A stretch of DNA of 50,679 nucleotides, from assembly GCF_030144855.1 (NCBI RefSeq), contig NC_082712.1:137281322-137332000 (forward strand), in the 5' to 3' direction. The notes under the pieces are model-generated. The model ran no database searches, had not been told where the DNA came from, and saw only the letters and a program-made list of their open reading frames with translations. The translations under genes were made by a program, and so were the position numbers. This document shows, in pieces, positions 47,305 through 50,679 of the stretch (within the stretch, counting starts at the first letter, position 1; each line of letters starts with the position of its first letter). The DNA comes from Hypanus sabinus (taxonomy: Eukaryota).

Positions 47305-47381
47305 GCAATAGTTTAAGCATAATTAAACAACATTCTAAAAGGGGCAAGATTTCAAATGAAATGAGCATTTATTTAAATACA

Positions 47382-47750
47382 TATGAGGGGTGATCGATAA
47401 GTTCGTGGCCTAAGGTAGGAGTCAATTTTAGAAAACCTAGCACATTTATTTTTCAGCATAGCCCCCGCCTACATTTACACACTTAGTCCAGTGGTCATGG
47501 AGCATACGGATCTTGGACCTCCAGAAAGTGTCCACAGTATGGGTGATTGATAGGTTCATGGCCTAAGGTAAAAGGAGATGAGTTATACAGCTCTCGTTAC
47601 ATGCATATGCAGTTCAACTCTTTAAGTGATTATGCAGAACGTTTGAAGTTAATAACTCATCTCCTTCTACCTTAGGCCACAAACTTATCAATCCCCCCTG
47701 ATGAGTTATTAACTTCAAACGTTCTGCATAATCACTCAAAGAGTTGAAGA
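47382..47750. mobile_element. Mariner-type MITE with repeated TIR motif, right end rearranged
   Basis: The motif ggggtgat(c/t)gataagttcgtggcctaaggtag occurs at ~47387 and ~47541, and inverted at ~47661-47700. TA at the left end. Confidence 0.75.
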
Positions 47751-50679
47751 CCTGTGCCCCATCAACAGACCTGGGTAGCAGTGGGATGGATGGTGGTGGA
47801 ACTAAAGGGCTGATGTTTACAAATTTTAATTTGGAAAAGTGGAAAGTGGGATTGATCCAGAGGGTCTTGAGGAGCTGCAAGGTCTAAGCCACCAAGTTTA
47901 CTTTCCTGAGAATTTTAAAGGACCCAATGAACATGGGTGCCAATTTCCTAGACTCCGCTCAGAGAGGTAAGTCCTGAGTCAACAGCCAGACCCATTGCCC
48001 AGGATGAAAAACTGGTCCCTGTCTTATTTGCAGTTAGGCTTTATTTCAGCCTTCCAAATAGAAGCTAGCAAAATCTCCCTTTCAACTTGGACAAGCTCTT
48101 TGGCTGCAGGAACTCCAACCTCAGCCTCCTGCTCAGGGAGAGTGATGGAGAATGCCCAAATTGGCATTCAAAATGGGGCATCCTATGTGCCGAGTGCCAT
48201 AAAGTGGTGTTGACAACCTCTGCCCACATTAAATGGTCACACAACTCATCCGGTGTTTCGGAGGCCAGGCACCTTAGAGGGTTCATTCCAAATCTTGGTT
48301 CATCTGGTCATTGGACTGTGGGTGAAACCCAGAGGAAAGGCTCGTCATTGCCCCAAACAGCTTACAGAATGCCCTCCAAAAACATGACTTGAATTGCAGA
48401 CTGTGATATGACACAATATTCACTGGAACACCTGGAATCCTGAAGACCTGGTGCAGGACGATTTTGGCCGACTCTGCTGCAGATGGTAGTCAGTCTAAGG
48501 CGATGAATTTGCAGGCCCTTGAAAAACAATGTACAATTACCATGATGATGATCTTCCCTTTGGAAGGAGGAAACCCATGACAAAGTTCATAGAGCTGTGT
48601 GCCCATGGTCTGTCCAGAACAGGTAGACAGTAGCGGAGCCCTTGAGGTTGGGTGTGGGGTTCCTTGTTCTGGGCATACACCTTGCATGCCTGCACATACT
48701 GACAGACCTCCCTCGCCGTTCCAAGCCACCAATATCTTCTCGTAATGAACTCGAGGATCCTGGCAATCCCTTGGTGAGTGGTCATTCTCAATGCATGTCC
48801 CCATTGGAGAACCTAAGACCGGATGGAACTAGGAATGAACAGCCGACCTGGAGGGCCGTACTGAGGAATCTCCCCCTGAGCCTGGGCCTTGTCAACTAGT
48901 GTGTCGATTTGCCAAATTGGGGAAAAATGTTAGTAGGCTGCTCCTTTTGCGGATTCGTTGAACTGACAGAACAAGGCATCCACTTACTGGTTCTTTGGTC
49001 CTGGTTGATAGATCAGGATGGAATTAAAGCAGTTAAAGAAAAGGCATCACCTGGCCTGTCTGCAATTCACTCTCACCCGCCTCAAGCTAATGACGCTGTT
49101 CCTCCAGAGCTAACTTGAGCACAAGCAGCTCTCGATTTCCATTGTCCTAGTTCACCTCTGTTGGGGACAGCCATCTGGAAAAGAACACCCACGGGTGCAG
49201 TTTATTGTCTGAAAGTGCCTGTTGAGACGATGCAGCGTCCACTTCAATGCCTGAGGCATCCACCTCCACGATGAAGGGAAGATCCGGGTTAGGCCCAACC
49301 AAAACAGGTGTTGTTTGAGTTCTGGGAAAGCAGCCTAGCCTTTGAGAAAACCAGGATGACGTTCAGGTAGACAAAGGTGTACTCATGGGGTGCATCGCAG
49401 AGCACATCGCTTATAAAGGCCTGCAAGGTATGACTTATGCAAACCAGATTGTCCACACTCCACAAGACCAGCTTTGGAAATATGCTTGCCCCTTGGAGAT
49501 GCACGAAGGCAATGTTCATGAGAGGAAGAAGGTAATGACTCCTGACCATTATGCAATTCATCCCTCTATAATCAATACATGGCTGCAGGCTGCTATCCTT
49601 TTATGTATAAAGAAGAAGCCAGCACCAGCTGGAGAAGTGAAGGGCCAAATGAATGCCAGGGCAAGAGCCTCTATATACTCCTCTATAGCCATTCGCTCCA
49701 GGCCCCAGAGTGCATGTAATCAACCTTGTGGAGGACAAGTAGACTTGTAGCACTCTGGTAGGGCTGGTGCGGTGGAAGAGTCGAGGCCTTTCCCTAGCTG
49801 AAGAGCTTTTCCACATTCTTGTAGGTGGAAGGGATTTCTGTTGGCTTGAGTGCTGCTATTACCCCTGGACCTTGTTCTGAGGATGACTCCTGAGGCTCCT
49901 TAGGTAGTAGGGGTGATTCAGCAGACCCCACAGGTTCACAAGAGTCTTTTATGAAAACAGAGGCCAAGTCACAGCCCTAATCCTCGTCCATATCGTCAGA
50001 CATCAGCAACAAGGTATGACAAATAGTCCTTGTGCTCCCGGGACTAGGCTGTTTTGCAGGCTTCCCCTTAGATGGGACCTGGTAACTGGCTTAGCGGCTG
50101 GAGTTCCTGACCGCCTGGGCACCTCCTTGGTTTGCTCCCGAACTGGAGATCTAGTTCCAACGCACTCCTGACTGGACATGGTTGGGACCCACATGGGCCT
50201 GTTAACTGGAACTGGTTTGTCTGCTCTTGAAGGCAGGCCTAGGTTTCCTGAAGGCTCCAGGTTACCCTGAATAGGTCTGCCTCCTCATCAGCTGCTGGTC
50301 TCGGGCGAGTCTGGGGGCCGGAACACAAAGTCAAAAACATACCTTCGTTCAGCAACTGGACCATGCGATGATCCTCCCTTCCTTCCAGTTCACAGAAGGG
50401 TTATGCTGGGACAGCCAAGGGTGCCCGAGAATCAGGAGTATGTGAGGAGACTCAATGATATAGAGACTAATGTTCTCCGCGTGATCGTCTCTCCTCATCC
50501 ACAAGACCATTGTCTGCCTGGAACCAAGTGGACAGCTGTCCAAGACAGTTGCATTCATGAGCTGACTCAAGCCCTGCAATGGTATGTTGAGCAAACATAC
50601 CCCAAGTCCCCAAGTCCAGGAAATTTCCAGCTGCCCCAGGGTCCAAAAAAGCATTCACCTCTCATCGGTTTTACACCAA
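47750..50679 (-). mobile_element. Ty3/Gypsy (sushi/chromovirus-like) pol remnant: protease-RT-RNase H-integrase, extends beyond the window
   Basis: AFLDPGAAGNFLD and ILGHPWLSQHNPSVNWKEG (protease); RSHYLLPLM (RT); HQGIARILEFITRRYWW...CQYVQAC and PWAHSSMNFV (integrase); KLAPMFIGSFKI...INPTFHFSKLK (GPF/Y-type region). Many frameshifts. Confidence 0.9.

Noticed and set aside
47750-50679. Domesticated Gypsy-derived gene (PEG10/RTL1-like) or a Gag-derived exon for the Ig gene
   Set aside because: The pol region is broken by many frameshifts and stops, and it lies upstream of the leader exon, so it cannot supply a tail.

Overview
Eukaryotic (vertebrate) genomic DNA, probably a cartilaginous fish such as a ray (inferred from the repeat repertoire and gene family). 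Most of the window is transposon debris: several CR1 and Rex1/Babar-like LINEs (some nested in each other), a 5'-truncated but otherwise near-complete L1, Penelope-like fragments, two decayed Gypsy pol regions, LTR pieces, a Tc1 element, a mariner-type MITE and a hAT (Buster/Charlie-like) fragment. There is a 200-N gap near the start. Hidden among the repeats on the minus strand is one convincing spliced host gene, an NCR3LG1/B7-H6-like Ig-superfamily membrane protein. Its exons are leader 47121-47073, IgV 44939-44601, IgC1 38778-38458 and transmembrane 36393-36310, all joined by phase-1 GT-AG introns. An in-frame TGA sits 4 nt before the TM-exon donor, giving a 262-aa essentially tailless protein, although candidate cytoplasmic-tail exons remain downstream. 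Other points of interest are a possible soluble isoform by intronic polyadenylation, IRF-like promoter motifs, a 146-bp intronic palindrome, an old ~1.1-kb tandem duplication carrying exon-like relics, and several templated-insertion scars. No prokaryotic-type systems (CRISPR, operons), rRNA or tRNA genes were seen. Repeat boundaries without a stated TSD are approximate, and family names come from motif recognition, not database searches.
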